64,000 nt of DNA from Anaerolineae bacterium (GTDB lineage: Bacteria; Chloroflexota; Anaerolineae; Promineifilales; Promineifilaceae), in NCBI GenBank assembly GCA_023384415.1, contig JAHDWJ010000014.1:43943-107942 (forward strand), given 5' to 3'. Positions 9,367 to 19,799 of this stretch are shown here, one piece after another. The notes beneath the pieces were generated by a model that did no database searches, was not told the origin of the DNA, and saw only the letters and a list, made by a program, of their open reading frames with translations. The translations under genes and the position numbers were made by a program. The number at the start of each line of letters is the position of its first letter. The first letter of the stretch is position 1.

Positions 9367-10998
9367 ATGGCAGAAATTATTCTTAATCTCGATAACATCA
9401 CTGTTAGCCTGGGCGGGCGGGCGATTTTTGCTGGCCTGGATTGGGAAATTCAAGACAAACAGCGTATAGGGCTGGTGGGACCTAATGGGGCGGGTAAGAG
9501 TACCTTGCTCAAATTGATCGCCCAGGAATTAGCCCAGGATAAAGGAGAGCTTTTTCGGGTGTCGGGGCTGACCTGGGCACGGCTAGAGCAGGAGCCGGTG
9601 CTAGACAATGATCATACGGTCTTACAAGAGGCGATGACGGCGCGGCCGCAAATCGCCACCCTGGAAGCGGAAATGGATGCCCTGGCTGCCAAAATGGGCG
9701 ATCCGGCCATTTATGAACACCCCCCCAGCCTGGAACGGGTAATGAAGCAGCATGAACGGTTGCTAGTAGCCTATGAACAGTTAGATGGGTCACGCTATAC
9801 CAGCCAGGTGAAGGACGCCCTATGCCGGGCCGGGTTTGATCAATCGTTGTGGGATAACCCGGTACGTCACCTGAGCGGCGGACAAAAAAAGCTGGTGCTT
9901 TTAGCCAAACTGATGGTACTGCGGCCGCGGCTGCTCCTGCTTGATGAACCGGATAACCACCTGGACATCCCAGCCAAACAAAACCTGGAGCGGCTCATCA
10001 ACAGCTACGATGGCTGCGTCATCCTCATCTCCCATGACCGTTATTTGCTGGATGGAGTGGCAACCCACATCGCTGAGTTAGAAAATGGCAAGTTGACCCT
10101 TTACCAGGGCAATTACACCGCCTACACTACCGAGCGGCAAATCCGTCGTTTGCGGCAGCAGCAATTATACGCCGCCCAACAGAAAGAGATTGCTCGCATT
10201 GAAGCGGCCATTGCCCGGTTTCAATTGTGGGCCTCAATGGTGGTTAACGAGCGACATATTCGCCAGGCCCGCAGCCGGCAAAAAATGTTAGAGCGAATGG
10301 ACAAAATCGAAAAGGTTAACGAATCCCGGCGGATGTCATTGGATTTGGCTGGATGGCGTGGCAGCAATAAGGTGGTTGAACTGGTGGATGTAGGGCACAT
10401 TTTGCCCAATGACCGGGTGCTATGGGATGGCTTGAACCATACCATCTGGCACGGAGAGCGAGTTGGGTTGGTTGGGCCAAACGGGGCGGGTAAATCTATG
10501 CTGCTGCGCCAGTTATTAGACCCGGAAGCGGTGGCTTTTGGGGAGATAAAAATTGGGCCTAGCTCCCAGATCGGCTATTACGCCCAGGAGCATGAGACGT
10601 TGAATTATGAGCGCACCCTCTTGGATGAGATTCGCCAGGCGGCCCCCTTGAGTGAAAATGCCGCCGTGGCCTTTTTACAGCGATTTTTGTTTAGTTATGA
10701 GCAGATTCGCGGCCGCATTGCCAATCTTAGCGGCGGTGAAAAGAGCCGGTTACAGTTGGCTAAACTGGTGCTAACCCGCCCCAACCTGCTCATCCTGGAC
10801 GAACCCACCAACAACCTGGACATCGCTTCTATAGAGGTATTAGAAGAGACACTTGAAGAGTTTGTCGGTACGGTTATCGTCATCTCCCATGACCGGTATT
10901 TCCTGGATAAGGCCGTTGACCGGATCATCGAACTCCGTGATGGCTGTCTACGCGAGTTTGCCGGCGGATACACAGATTACCTTGAGGCAATCACCTGA
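9367..10998 (+). CDS. ABC-F family ATPase (two ABC domains, no TM domain)
   Basis: Two Walker A sites (GPNGAGKST, GPNGAGKSM), two signatures (LSGGQKK, LSGGEKS) and a basic inter-domain linker. GGAAGGAG lies upstream of ATG 9367. Confidence 0.9.
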   Translation: MAEIILNLDNITVSLGGRAIFAGLDWEIQDKQRIGLVGPNGAGKSTLLKLIAQELAQDKGELFRVSGLTWARLEQEPVLDNDHTVLQEAMTARPQIATLEAEMDALAAKMGDPAIYEHPPSLERVMKQHERLLVAYEQLDGSRYTSQVKDALCRAGFDQSLWDNPVRHLSGGQKKLVLLAKLMVLRPRLLLLDEPDNHLDIPAKQNLERLINSYDGCVILISHDRYLLDGVATHIAELENGKLTLYQGNYTAYTTERQIRRLRQQQLYAAQQKEIARIEAAIARFQLWASMVVNERHIRQARSRQKMLERMDKIEKVNESRRMSLDLAGWRGSNKVVELVDVGHILPNDRVLWDGLNHTIWHGERVGLVGPNGAGKSMLLRQLLDPEAVAFGEIKIGPSSQIGYYAQEHETLNYERTLLDEIRQAAPLSENAAVAFLQRFLFSYEQIRGRIANLSGGEKSRLQLAKLVLTRPNLLILDEPTNNLDIASIEVLEETLEEFVGTVIVISHDRYFLDKAVDRIIELRDGCLREFAGGYTDYLEAIT

Positions 10999-11257
10999 GT
11001 TAAAGCTGCTTGGGCGTACATATCTGCCGGTGTTTCGGTTATAATATGGTTAAATTGTTCGTTCAATAACAAAATAGGTTTTGCTAATCGTGTGCCGCTG
11101 ACTGTTATACCCATCCAGGTTACAAGGTGACATTGAGAGTAGGGATTAGCGAGTGGCGAGTTTCTACTCTTTAGTTCCTACTCTCTCCACAAATGTCAGC
11201 TTATGCCTTTTAACGGTGTAACAGCGAGGTGCCTTATCACCCTTCAAGGAAAAGCGC

Positions 11258-13693
11258 ATGAGTAACCTGACCATTGGCCGGTACCAACTTAAGGAAGAGA
11301 TTGGACGCGGGGGCATGGCGGTTGTTTATCATGGGTATGATCCCCGCTTTAAGCGTGAGGTGGCGATTAAAGTAATGACCCTGGATTTTATGGGGGATAC
11401 GGTGCTGCGGGCACGGTTTGAGCGGGAAGCCCAAACGATTGCCGCCCTGGAGCATCCGGCCATTGTGCCGGTCTATGATTTTGGTGAGGAGCAAGGCCGC
11501 CCCTATCTGGTTATGCGGTTGATGAATGGGGGTACTTTGGCCGATCAACTCCGCAAAGGGCCTTTGTCTATTGCCGAGACGACTAAGATTTTGCAGCGTA
11601 TTGGGGCCGCTCTGGAACGTGCCCACCAGAAGGGCATTATTCACCGGGATCTGAAGCCCAGTAACATCATGTATGATGAGTATGGGGATGCCTTTCTGGG
11701 GGATTTTGGCATTGCCCGGCTGACGGAAACGGCGGTAACGCTCACGGGGGATTCGGTGGTGGGCACACCAGCTTATATGAGTCCAGAGCAGGTGAATGGG
11801 GATAAAGAGCTGGACGGCCGCAGCGATATTTATGCCCTGGGGGTTATCTGTTTTGAGATGTTGACCGGGCAGCGGCCGTTCCAGGCGGATACGGCAGCCC
11901 GGCTGATGATGAAACATCTGCTGGAGCCGATTCCCGATATTCGCCAATTCAAACCAGACCTTCCCCCAGGGGTGACGACGGTGATTGCCCGGACGATGGC
12001 TAAGACGCCGGATGAACGGTTTGCCACGGCCAGTGAATTGTCGGCGACGCTGATTCAGGTGATGCAGGGCGCGGCCGCACCCCCTCCCTTACCCCCTACG
12101 CTCCCCACTCCTTCTCCAGACAGCGCGGCCGCGACCGTTGTCGAACCTGCCCCTACACCCTCTTTAGCGGCGGCTACCGAAATTGCCCCCACGCCCCACC
12201 CCATTGTTCCCGATACGGAACTAATGGCCCCCACCCCACCCAGACCTGCCCAACCCCCATCACGACGCGGCCGCGCCTGGCTGTGGGGTGGGGTGGCTGC
12301 CGGTGTACTATTGATACTGCTGCTTGGGGGGGGGCTGCTGCTGCGATCTATGTTTAGCCGGGATGAAGTGAGCAATGGGGGGGCCATTGGGCTTCTCCCT
12401 GGTGAGCAAACAAGAGAAGCCGCCGGGTTGGGGCCAACCCATACCGCCACACCCCGCTCTACCAACACCCCCAGGCCCACATCTACCCCTGATCCACGCC
12501 CTGCTGCCGAACGGCACATGGAGCAATTTTATAACTACCTGGATCAAGGGGAACTCGAACTGGCTTTGGCCGAAGTTGACGCTGCTTTAAGCCTGCTAGA
12601 TGATGCCTGGTACCACCACGAGCGGGCCTTTGCCCTTTTTCTCTTGGGAGAGCTACAGTCAGCCCTCGCGGAAATCAACATCGCCCTGGCAGCCGAGCCT
12701 GAACAGGCTGATCATTATAATTTGCGTGGCATGATTCGCCGGAGTCTGGGGGATCATGCGGCGGCCGTGTCTGATCATCGTCGGGCGGTGCAGCTTCGCC
12801 CCGAAGAGGACTATTTTTACCATGAGATGGCTTCTACTTACCGGGAGATGGGTGATTTTGCGGCCGCCATCGCGGCCTGGGAAACTGCCCTTACTATGGC
12901 TCCGACGGTGGATTACTATTATGTGGATATTGCCTATACCTATGTCTGGATGGGTGATCCTGAAGCAGCCTTAACCACGATTGAACGAGGTTTAGACAAA
13001 TTCCCTGATCATCCTGACCTGGTTGATCTCCAAATTGAGATCAGGCTAGACTATTTACCAGATGCCGAGGCTGCCCTGGCGTTGATCAATCAGGCATTGC
13101 GCGTAGACCCAAATAACCCTTATCGCTATGGGCAACTAGGCCGGTTATATCTCCATAGGTTGAATGAACCAGAAACTGCTCTGGCTCATTTTGAGTATGC
13201 GTTGACGCTAGAAGGTGCACCGGCCTGGATTTATGGACATAAAGGGATTGCCCATAAATCGCTGGGTCAATATGAAGCGGCCGCGGCCGCTTTCAACCAG
13301 ATGATTGAGCTTGAACCGGAGTCAGGCTGGCCCTATGCGGAAATAGGGTGGCTGTTTTTAGATTCTTTGCAGCAGCCTGTCCAGGCATTGGCAGCGTTTG
13401 AGCAGGCTATTGCGGTTGAGCCAGGATTTGCTGATGCCTATTTGGGTCACGGCCGCGCCCTGCTGGCCTTAGATCATGATCCAGAGGAGATTATTGCCGC
13501 CTGGCAAAGCTGTCTGGAAATGAACCCTGGCCAATATTGGTGTTATTGGGATCTGGCCTGGCTATTTGCTGAATTAAATCAAGTAGATCAGGCCCTGGAT
13601 AATTTCCAACTGTTTCTGGACTATATTCCGACGAATGATTGTCTGGATTGCCAGCAAGAGGCTCAAACCTACATTCGTGATCATAGCCGTTAA
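11258..13693 (+). CDS. Ser/Thr protein kinase with Pro-rich linker, one TM segment and C-terminal TPR repeats
   Basis: Intact catalytic motifs: GRGGMAVVY, AIKV, HRDLKPSNIM, DFGIA, YMSPEQ. C-terminal half shows TPR-like A..Y/W..LG periodicity. Confidence 0.9.
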   Translation: MSNLTIGRYQLKEEIGRGGMAVVYHGYDPRFKREVAIKVMTLDFMGDTVLRARFEREAQTIAALEHPAIVPVYDFGEEQGRPYLVMRLMNGGTLADQLRKGPLSIAETTKILQRIGAALERAHQKGIIHRDLKPSNIMYDEYGDAFLGDFGIARLTETAVTLTGDSVVGTPAYMSPEQVNGDKELDGRSDIYALGVICFEMLTGQRPFQADTAARLMMKHLLEPIPDIRQFKPDLPPGVTTVIARTMAKTPDERFATASELSATLIQVMQGAAAPPPLPPTLPTPSPDSAAATVVEPAPTPSLAAATEIAPTPHPIVPDTELMAPTPPRPAQPPSRRGRAWLWGGVAAGVLLILLLGGGLLLRSMFSRDEVSNGGAIGLLPGEQTREAAGLGPTHTATPRSTNTPRPTSTPDPRPAAERHMEQFYNYLDQGELELALAEVDAALSLLDDAWYHHERAFALFLLGELQSALAEINIALAAEPEQADHYNLRGMIRRSLGDHAAAVSDHRRAVQLRPEEDYFYHEMASTYREMGDFAAAIAAWETALTMAPTVDYYYVDIAYTYVWMGDPEAALTTIERGLDKFPDHPDLVDLQIEIRLDYLPDAEAALALINQALRVDPNNPYRYGQLGRLYLHRLNEPETALAHFEYALTLEGAPAWIYGHKGIAHKSLGQYEAAAAAFNQMIELEPESGWPYAEIGWLFLDSLQQPVQALAAFEQAIAVEPGFADAYLGHGRALLALDHDPEEIIAAWQSCLEMNPGQYWCYWDLAWLFAELNQVDQALDNFQLFLDYIPTNDCLDCQQEAQTYIRDHSR

Positions 13694-13938
13694 GCGAATC
13701 TGGCCTTACTCTACAGGGCGACAAGGCGACAGGGTGAAAAATGCCAGAGTAAGCCCTGCGAGTGTACCTTTCGTTGCTGCGTTTTCCCCCTCCGTTTCTA
13801 CCACCAACTGTGTCACCTAAAACTGATGCGGCCGCGTAAACCCCTTACTATATCCTGTCAGGTCCGAGGCGATAAGGGCCTTGGTTCACCCATAGATCTA
13901 CGAAATGCGTATTAGCATAAATGTTCTAATGTGGTTAA

Positions 13939-14145
13939 AATAAAGACGGTTCAATAGAGGCTCTGACCGATGCGGCCGCTCAGCGTCGCTGCCACTTTAG
14001 TTGGGGTGAAGTCAGTTTTGTGGAGCTGCTGCTTTACACCATGCGCCATGTGCAGGGACATGCCGCGCAGCTAAACTTGTTTCTGGGGCAAAAGATGGAC
14101 GCATCCCCGGATTGGGTGGCACAAGCTAGAAACGGAGATAAATAG
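13939..14145 (+). pseudogene. DinB-family (DinB_2/DUF664-like) gene remnant; C-terminal ~68 codons only
   Basis: Frame 1 reads ...FSWGEVSFVELLLYTMRHVQGHAAQLNLFLGQKMDASPDWVAQARNGDK*. This is the typical C-terminal His-containing helix of DinB-like proteins. An in-frame stop lies at 13936-13938 and there is no plausible start or N-terminal domain. Confidence 0.45.
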
Positions 14146-14151
14146 ATCATT

Positions 14152-15393
14152 ATGCTAACGATCAACCTTGAGATAGCCCGTCGTTTCATCCTCGGTAAGC
14201 AGGGTTTGTGGCCGGGGCGACGCTGGCGCGGCCGCGACGGCACTGCCCCGGCCATGCGTACGATGGAATATTTGCAGCTTGACCCCCTGCAAATCATTGC
14301 TCGTAGCCACGACATCCAACTGCACAGCCGCGTTTTTGATTATACCCCTGGCCTATGGGAAGATGTGACCTACCAGGAACGTCAGTTCTTTGACTGGGGT
14401 GGTTGGTTGGCCGTCCGACCGATGGATGAACTGCCGCATTGGCGAGTCGTCATGCGCCGTGAACGTGATGAGGATACACGTATTCGTAAAATGGGGCAGG
14501 ACCACGCCGAAGCAGTTAGAGAAATGCGCGACATTTTGCGTGAGCGTGGCACAGTGAGCAACCGTGATTTTAAGATGTCCACCCGGCAGAGGACGGAAAG
14601 CTATCGCGGCCGCAAAGATAGCGCTCTGGCTTTGTATTATCTGTGGCGTATCGGCGAAGTGATGACCCACCACCGAGAGAAGTTTGAGCGTATCTATGCC
14701 CTTACCGAAACTGTCGCTCCGCCTCATCTCATTCGTGAAAGCGATGAGGCGGAGGCAGACCGTTTCTTGATTAAAAAGGAAATCAGCTTTTCTGGCCTTA
14801 CACGGGTACGACGTACCAGTGATTCCTTTCAGCGTGGGGTGCCGTTTAGCCAGACCGGACAAACGCCTGAGAAGTTGTTAGCAGATGGCGATCTCATTGA
14901 AGTGCAGGTTGAAGGCTGGAAAGGGGTGTATTACGCGCTTAACAGCGATGCTCACCTGCTGTATGAGTTGAGTGCCGGGCGTATACCGCAGGCATGGACT
15001 CCATTGGCCCATACGACGACGGAAGAAGTTCTTTTTCTTGCCCCGCTCGACCAAGTTAGTGCGCGCGGCCGCGCTAAAATTTTATTTGGCTTTGACTACG
15101 TGTGGGAAGTGTACAAACCAGAGTCAAAGCGCAAGTTTGGTTATTACACACTGCCTGTGTTGTGGGGGGACCGGCTCGTAGCACGATTTGATAGTAAACT
15201 GGATCGCACAACCAACACATTTGTCATCCTGGGTTTGTGGTTAGAAGATGAGGCATTGGGTAAAAATGAGGCTTTTGCGGCCGCGTTAGCCGCCGGCTTT
15301 ACACGTTTTGTCGCCTTTCTGGGCGCAAATAAGGTAGATGGAATGGCGATTCGTGAGCCACTACTGCGCCAGGTAATTGTACCTACTAATTGA
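14152..15393 (+). CDS. Winged-helix DNA glycosylase AlkZ/YcaQ-like (DUF1006/HTH_42) protein
   Basis: N-terminal ARRFILGKQGLW...LQLDPLQIIARSHDIQLHSRV and C-terminal FGYYTLPVLWGDRLVARFDSKLDR match the family pattern as I recall it. Confidence 0.75.
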   Translation: MLTINLEIARRFILGKQGLWPGRRWRGRDGTAPAMRTMEYLQLDPLQIIARSHDIQLHSRVFDYTPGLWEDVTYQERQFFDWGGWLAVRPMDELPHWRVVMRRERDEDTRIRKMGQDHAEAVREMRDILRERGTVSNRDFKMSTRQRTESYRGRKDSALALYYLWRIGEVMTHHREKFERIYALTETVAPPHLIRESDEAEADRFLIKKEISFSGLTRVRRTSDSFQRGVPFSQTGQTPEKLLADGDLIEVQVEGWKGVYYALNSDAHLLYELSAGRIPQAWTPLAHTTTEEVLFLAPLDQVSARGRAKILFGFDYVWEVYKPESKRKFGYYTLPVLWGDRLVARFDSKLDRTTNTFVILGLWLEDEALGKNEAFAAALAAGFTRFVAFLGANKVDGMAIREPLLRQVIVPTN

Positions 15394-15402
15394 GTAAGGT
15401 TT

Positions 15403-15705
15403 ATGACAGTAAAAAAATTGAAGACCTGTTCTAAAGGGCACAACTTTTATAAAAGCTCTGAGTGCCCAACTTGTCCGGTTTGCGCGGCGGCTGATAAACC
15501 GGAAAGTGGTTTTCTGGCACCCCTCAGTGCGCCGGCGCGCAGCGCTTTGGAACAGGCGAGCATTTCTACCCTGGCAGAGCTATCAGGCTACAGTGAGCGT
15601 GAAATTCTGAAACTACATGGTGTCGGGCCAAAATCATTGCCCATACTCCGACAGGCGTTACATGAAGCGGGCATGGCTTTTACCGAGCCAGTCAAAAAGA
15701 GATAG
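15403..15705 (+). CDS. Small Zn-ribbon plus helix-hairpin-helix (RpoA-CTD-like) protein
   Basis: CSKGHNFYKSSECPTCPVC, followed by LSAPARSALEQASISTLAELSGYSEREILKLHGVGPKSLPIL. Confidence 0.5.
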   Translation: MTVKKLKTCSKGHNFYKSSECPTCPVCAAADKPESGFLAPLSAPARSALEQASISTLAELSGYSEREILKLHGVGPKSLPILRQALHEAGMAFTEPVKKR

Positions 15706-15743
15706 CCATACGAACTGTCTTAAATATGTTCAAGGAGTCAAAA

Positions 15744-16175
15744 ATGGCCGAGATTAAAACAAAGGTGAACGAGGCGAGTGTCGAGGAATTTTTGCGTAAA
15801 GTCGAAGGCGAGCAGAAGCGCAAAGATTCCTTTGAGATCGTAAAGATAATGCAGCAGGTGACAAAGCTAGAGCCAAAAATGTGGGGACCGGCCATTATCG
15901 GCTTTGGCTCATATCATTACAAGTATGAAAGTGGGCGAGAAGGGGATATGCCGCAGATCGGATTCTCTCCCCGCAAACAAAACCTCACCCTCTATATTGG
16001 GGTAGGCGACAATTCTGACAACCCACTGCTCAAGAAACTTGGTAAATATACAACAGGTAAGGTTTGCCTGTATATTAAAAAACTGGCAGATGTGGACCGA
16101 AACGTTTTGCAGGAGCTGATCGCTGACTCGTTTCAAAGGCTCGTTGAGCCGGGTATACATTCAGCTACCTCATAA
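15744..16175 (+). CDS. DUF1801 (YdhG-like) domain protein
   Basis: MAEIKTKVNEASVEEFL..., KMWGPAIIGFGSYHYKYESGREGD, LTLYI: typical DUF1801 layout. AT-rich gene. Confidence 0.65.
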   Translation: MAEIKTKVNEASVEEFLRKVEGEQKRKDSFEIVKIMQQVTKLEPKMWGPAIIGFGSYHYKYESGREGDMPQIGFSPRKQNLTLYIGVGDNSDNPLLKKLGKYTTGKVCLYIKKLADVDRNVLQELIADSFQRLVEPGIHSATS

Positions 16176-16347
16176 ATGTCGCCCTGAGCAGATTGAGCAG
16201 CGGCGGCAAGGGTTTTTGGGCACAATCACGAACCGCCCAACACCGCGTACAGTTGACACCATTTTGCGGTGTGCTGTACCTGACGCCGGCCGTTAGCGAT
16301 TTGAAGACAGAATGCCTATCGGGTCTCGGCCCAACGGAGGAATGATG

Positions 16348-16698
16348 ATGTCTAAGCACCGTATTTTCACGACCCAATTTGCAGGGGTTTATCCGCTGTA
16401 TGTTCAAAAGGCCGAACGTAAAAATCGGACGCAAGAAGAAGTTGACCAAATCATTTGCTGGCTGACGGGCTATGACCAGACAGGATTACAGGAGCAAATC
16501 GAACAGCAAAACGATTTTGAAACCTTTTTTGCCCAAGCTCCAGCCCTACATCCGAATAGTTCGCTTATCAAGGGCGTCGTGTGCGGTATTCGTGTGGAAG
16601 AAATTGAAGATCCGCTGATGCAAAAAATACGCTATTTAGACAAGCTGATTGATGAGCTGGCTAAAGGAAAGACGATGACGAAGATTCTGCGGCAATAA
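16348..16698 (+). CDS. DUF2200 family protein
   Basis: [47 protein letters not shown] lies 7 nt upstream of ATG 16348. Confidence 0.65.
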   Translation: MSKHRIFTTQFAGVYPLYVQKAERKNRTQEEVDQIICWLTGYDQTGLQEQIEQQNDFETFFAQAPALHPNSSLIKGVVCGIRVEEIEDPLMQKIRYLDKLIDELAKGKTMTKILRQ

Positions 16699-16762
16699 CT
16701 GGCCACAACCGTTTTCCCCTGACACGGCTGAAAGTTCCGCCAAACTCAGCTACAATTCCCTC

Positions 16763-19747
16763 ATGTATGCCGAACTGGTGATCAATATTGAGGCGGGGTT
16801 GGAAAGCACGTTTCATTATCATGTGCCGGCTGATCTGCGGCCGCGTCTCCGCATTGGTCATCTGGTTGAGGTAGAGTTTGGCCGCCGATTGGCTCAGGGA
16901 GTGGTCATCGCTTTCAGTGAAACCGCCCCGGTTGAAGAGACCAAACCGATCATCGCCCTGGTGGATGAACAGCCGGCGGTGCAGCCGTACCAAATTCGCC
17001 TGGCCCAATGGCTGCACCAGCAATACCTGGCCCCCCTCAACGGCTGCCTGCGCCTCATGCTTCCCCCTGGCCTGACCCGCTGGGCCGATACCACCCTGGC
17101 CCTCAACCCCCGTTGGGATGGCACAGGTCGCCTGACGAAGATTCAGCAGGAGTTGATTGATTTACTCAGGGAAAAAGGGGATAGACGCGGCCGCCAACTC
17201 GATAAAGCATTGGGTAGAAAATCGAATTGGAAAGCGGCCGCAACTCAACTAGTCAACCGTGATATCCTCATCAAAGGGACTATCCTCGACCCGCCCCGCG
17301 TCAAACCCAAACAAATTCGTACCGTTGAACTCATCGCCGGGCCAAAACAGATTCGAGCGGCTGCGACCCAACTTGGCCGCCCCAGCAAACAGGCGGATGT
17401 ACTGGATTATCTGCTCACCAGCGACGATCCACTGCCCCGCCTGGGCACGGTGCTGGAAGCTACTGGGGCCACCGGCAAGCATGTTGAAGAACTGATAAAG
17501 GATGGGTTGGTGACGGTCGCGGCCGCAGATAGTATCATTCTACCCACAGGTATAGCCCATGATGCCCCACCTCAATGGCAGCCCATTCTGCAACAGCTTC
17601 CTTCCAGCCGTTCCCAATTGACTCCTGACCAGTGGCAGTTAATCCTTGACCATTTGCAACCACAACATCTGGTTGAACTGATCGATCAACCCGCTTCTCT
17701 TAGCCTGGCCATCCCGCCCAAAGCCGTCTTGTCCCATATTTTTACCCTGCGTCACGCTGCTTTGTACGAAGCGATACTAAACAGGCTGCGCGGCCGCGCC
17801 CAACCCATCTCCACCACCGAACTGTACGCCGAGACCGGGGCCACCCTCAGCCATCTCAAAAAACTCATTGCCCTTGACCTCATCCGGGTTAGCCAGGAAG
17901 AAATATGGCGTGACCCCCTGGCTGACCGGGATTTCACCCCTGCCGAGGCCCCTCTGCTTACCCACGACCAGGCCCGCATCTGGGGGCGGGTGAAGGTGGC
18001 GATGTTGATGGCGATGGGGGATGAGGAAGAGGAGAGTGGGCAGTTAGCCGTGAGCAGTGGGCAGTCAGGGGAACTCGAAACTCGAAACGCGAAACGCGAA
18101 ACTCACTCCTCAACCCTCACCCCTTTTCTCTTACATGGCGTTACTGGCAGTGGCAAAACAGAAATTTACATGCGGGCGATTGAGCTGGCGATTGAGTTTG
18201 GGCAGCAGGCGATTGTCCTGGTGCCGGAGATTGCCCTGACGCCGCAGACAGTGCGCCGCTTTGCCGCCCGGTTTCCGGGGCAGGTGGCTGTTTTGCACAG
18301 CCGCCTCAGTGATGGGGAGCGGTTTGACACCTGGCGGCGGGCGCGGGCCGGCCTGTTTGACATTATTGTGGGGGCGCGGAGTGCCTTATTCACCCCGCTG
18401 CCCAACCTGGGGGTCATTGTGATTGATGAAGAGCATGATCCCAGCTACAAACAAACACCACCTGTGCCCCCTCCCTACTACCACGCTCGTGACACCGCCA
18501 TCGCCTTGGGCGAAATCGCCGGGGCGACGGTCATCATGGGTAGTGCTACCCCAGACCTGGTGACTTACCATCGGGCGCGGGCGGAACGGTATCGGTTGTT
18601 GGAACTGCCCCGCCGGGTGATGGGGCATCGTCAGCGCATTGAGAGCCAGGCGGAGCGGCTCCATTTGCAAGCCAAATATGAACAGATGGGAGATGACCCG
18701 GATGATGCTCTGACCATTCCTCTCCCGCCGGTGCAGGTGGTAGATTTGCGCCAGGAACTCCGGGCCGGCAACCGCTCTATTTTTAGCCGGGCGTTACAAA
18801 CGGCGTTGGATGAGACATTAGCGCGAGGAGAGCAGGCGATTTTGTTCCTCAACCGGCGGGGGACGCACTCTTTTGTGATTTGCCGGGATTGTGGCCTGGT
18901 GCTGAAATGCCGCCACTGTGATATGCCCCTGACCTTCCATCGGCCGCAGCTGCTGTTGGTGTGCCATTATTGCGGCCGCCGCGAGCCTCAGCCCGATGAT
19001 TGCCCCCAATGTGGCTCTAAACGCATCCGGTACTTTGGCCTGGGCACAGAAGAGTTAGAGGAGCAGGTGCAGCAGCGGTGGCCGGATGCCCGGCTGGTAC
19101 GTTGGGATCGGGACACTACCGCCGGCCGGGACAGCCATGAGCAGCTTCTGGCCAGCTTTATCAACCAGGAAGCGGATATTTTGGTCGGGACACAGATGAT
19201 CGCTAAAGGGCTGGATTTGCCCCTGGTGACGCTGGTAGGGGTTATTTCGGCCGATGTGTCGCTAGGGCTGCCTGACTACCGGACCGGGGAGCGTACTTTC
19301 CAGATTTTAACCCAGGTATCTGGCCGGGCAGGGCGGGGGCTGCTGGGGGGGCGGGTGATTGTGCAGACCTATCAGCCGGAGCATTATGCTATTGTCGCGG
19401 CCGCGTCTCACGATTACACCCAATTTTATCTAGAAGAAATCCGCTTCCGCACCCAGCACAGCCTGCCCCCCTTCCGCCGCCTGGCCCGCCTCATCATCGC
19501 CGACCCGGTAGACCAACGGGCCAAACGGCAGGCCGATGAGTTGGCTCACGGGCTGCGCGTCCACATTCGGGACAAAGCCCTGGGCGGTACCGAAATCCTC
19601 GGCCCCACCCCCCCCTTTTTCAGCCGGATAGACGGCCGCTACCGCTGGCAAATCATCATCCGCTCCCCCGATCCCATCCGCCTGCTAGAAGATTTTCCCA
19701 TCCCCCATCCCTGGGTGGTAGATATTGATCCGGTCAGTACGCTATAG
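16763..19747 (+). CDS. priA: Primosomal protein N' (replication restart helicase PriA), unusually long at 994 aa
   Basis: Walker [20 protein letters not shown] box, Cys-rich zinc region [20 protein letters not shown]...[19 protein letters not shown], and [10 protein letters not shown]. Confidence 0.9.
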   Translation: MYAELVINIEAGLESTFHYHVPADLRPRLRIGHLVEVEFGRRLAQGVVIAFSETAPVEETKPIIALVDEQPAVQPYQIRLAQWLHQQYLAPLNGCLRLMLPPGLTRWADTTLALNPRWDGTGRLTKIQQELIDLLREKGDRRGRQLDKALGRKSNWKAAATQLVNRDILIKGTILDPPRVKPKQIRTVELIAGPKQIRAAATQLGRPSKQADVLDYLLTSDDPLPRLGTVLEATGATGKHVEELIKDGLVTVAAADSIILPTGIAHDAPPQWQPILQQLPSSRSQLTPDQWQLILDHLQPQHLVELIDQPASLSLAIPPKAVLSHIFTLRHAALYEAILNRLRGRAQPISTTELYAETGATLSHLKKLIALDLIRVSQEEIWRDPLADRDFTPAEAPLLTHDQARIWGRVKVAMLMAMGDEEEESGQLAVSSGQSGELETRNAKRETHSSTLTPFLLHGVTGSGKTEIYMRAIELAIEFGQQAIVLVPEIALTPQTVRRFAARFPGQVAVLHSRLSDGERFDTWRRARAGLFDIIVGARSALFTPLPNLGVIVIDEEHDPSYKQTPPVPPPYYHARDTAIALGEIAGATVIMGSATPDLVTYHRARAERYRLLELPRRVMGHRQRIESQAERLHLQAKYEQMGDDPDDALTIPLPPVQVVDLRQELRAGNRSIFSRALQTALDETLARGEQAILFLNRRGTHSFVICRDCGLVLKCRHCDMPLTFHRPQLLLVCHYCGRREPQPDDCPQCGSKRIRYFGLGTEELEEQVQQRWPDARLVRWDRDTTAGRDSHEQLLASFINQEADILVGTQMIAKGLDLPLVTLVGVISADVSLGLPDYRTGERTFQILTQVSGRAGRGLLGGRVIVQTYQPEHYAIVAAASHDYTQFYLEEIRFRTQHSLPPFRRLARLIIADPVDQRAKRQADELAHGLRVHIRDKALGGTEILGPTPPFFSRIDGRYRWQIIIRSPDPIRLLEDFPIPHPWVVDIDPVSTL
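18037..18124 (+). repeat. Composite heptamer repeat block (E + A + B' units) in frame inside priA
   Basis: GGGCAGTTAGCCGTGAGCAGTGGGCAGTCAGGGG AACTCGA AACTCGA AACGCGA AACGCGA AACTCAC TCCTCAA CCCTCAC. 20-nt identities to 60239-60258 and 27133-27152, and a 12-nt identity to 57182-57193 (reverse complement). Confidence 0.85.
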
Positions 19748-19799
19748 TTCGGGAACAGTGAGAAACTCGTGGGAACTGACCGCCAACAGAACTGATTTT

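Noticed and set aside
11135-11185. A 9-bp stem (GAGAGTAGG...CCTACTCTC) with a 33-nt loop in the kinase gene leader, as a regulatory hairpin.
   Set aside because: The stem is short and the loop long, and it overlaps C-type repeat units (GCGAGTGGCGAGT). It is most simply part of the repeat family rather than a distinct element.
18010-18124. An intein or mobile intron in priA.
   Set aside because: The insert is only about 35-40 aa and lacks intein splice-junction residues and homing-endonuclease motifs. At the nucleotide level it is made of the same heptamer units found in leaders.
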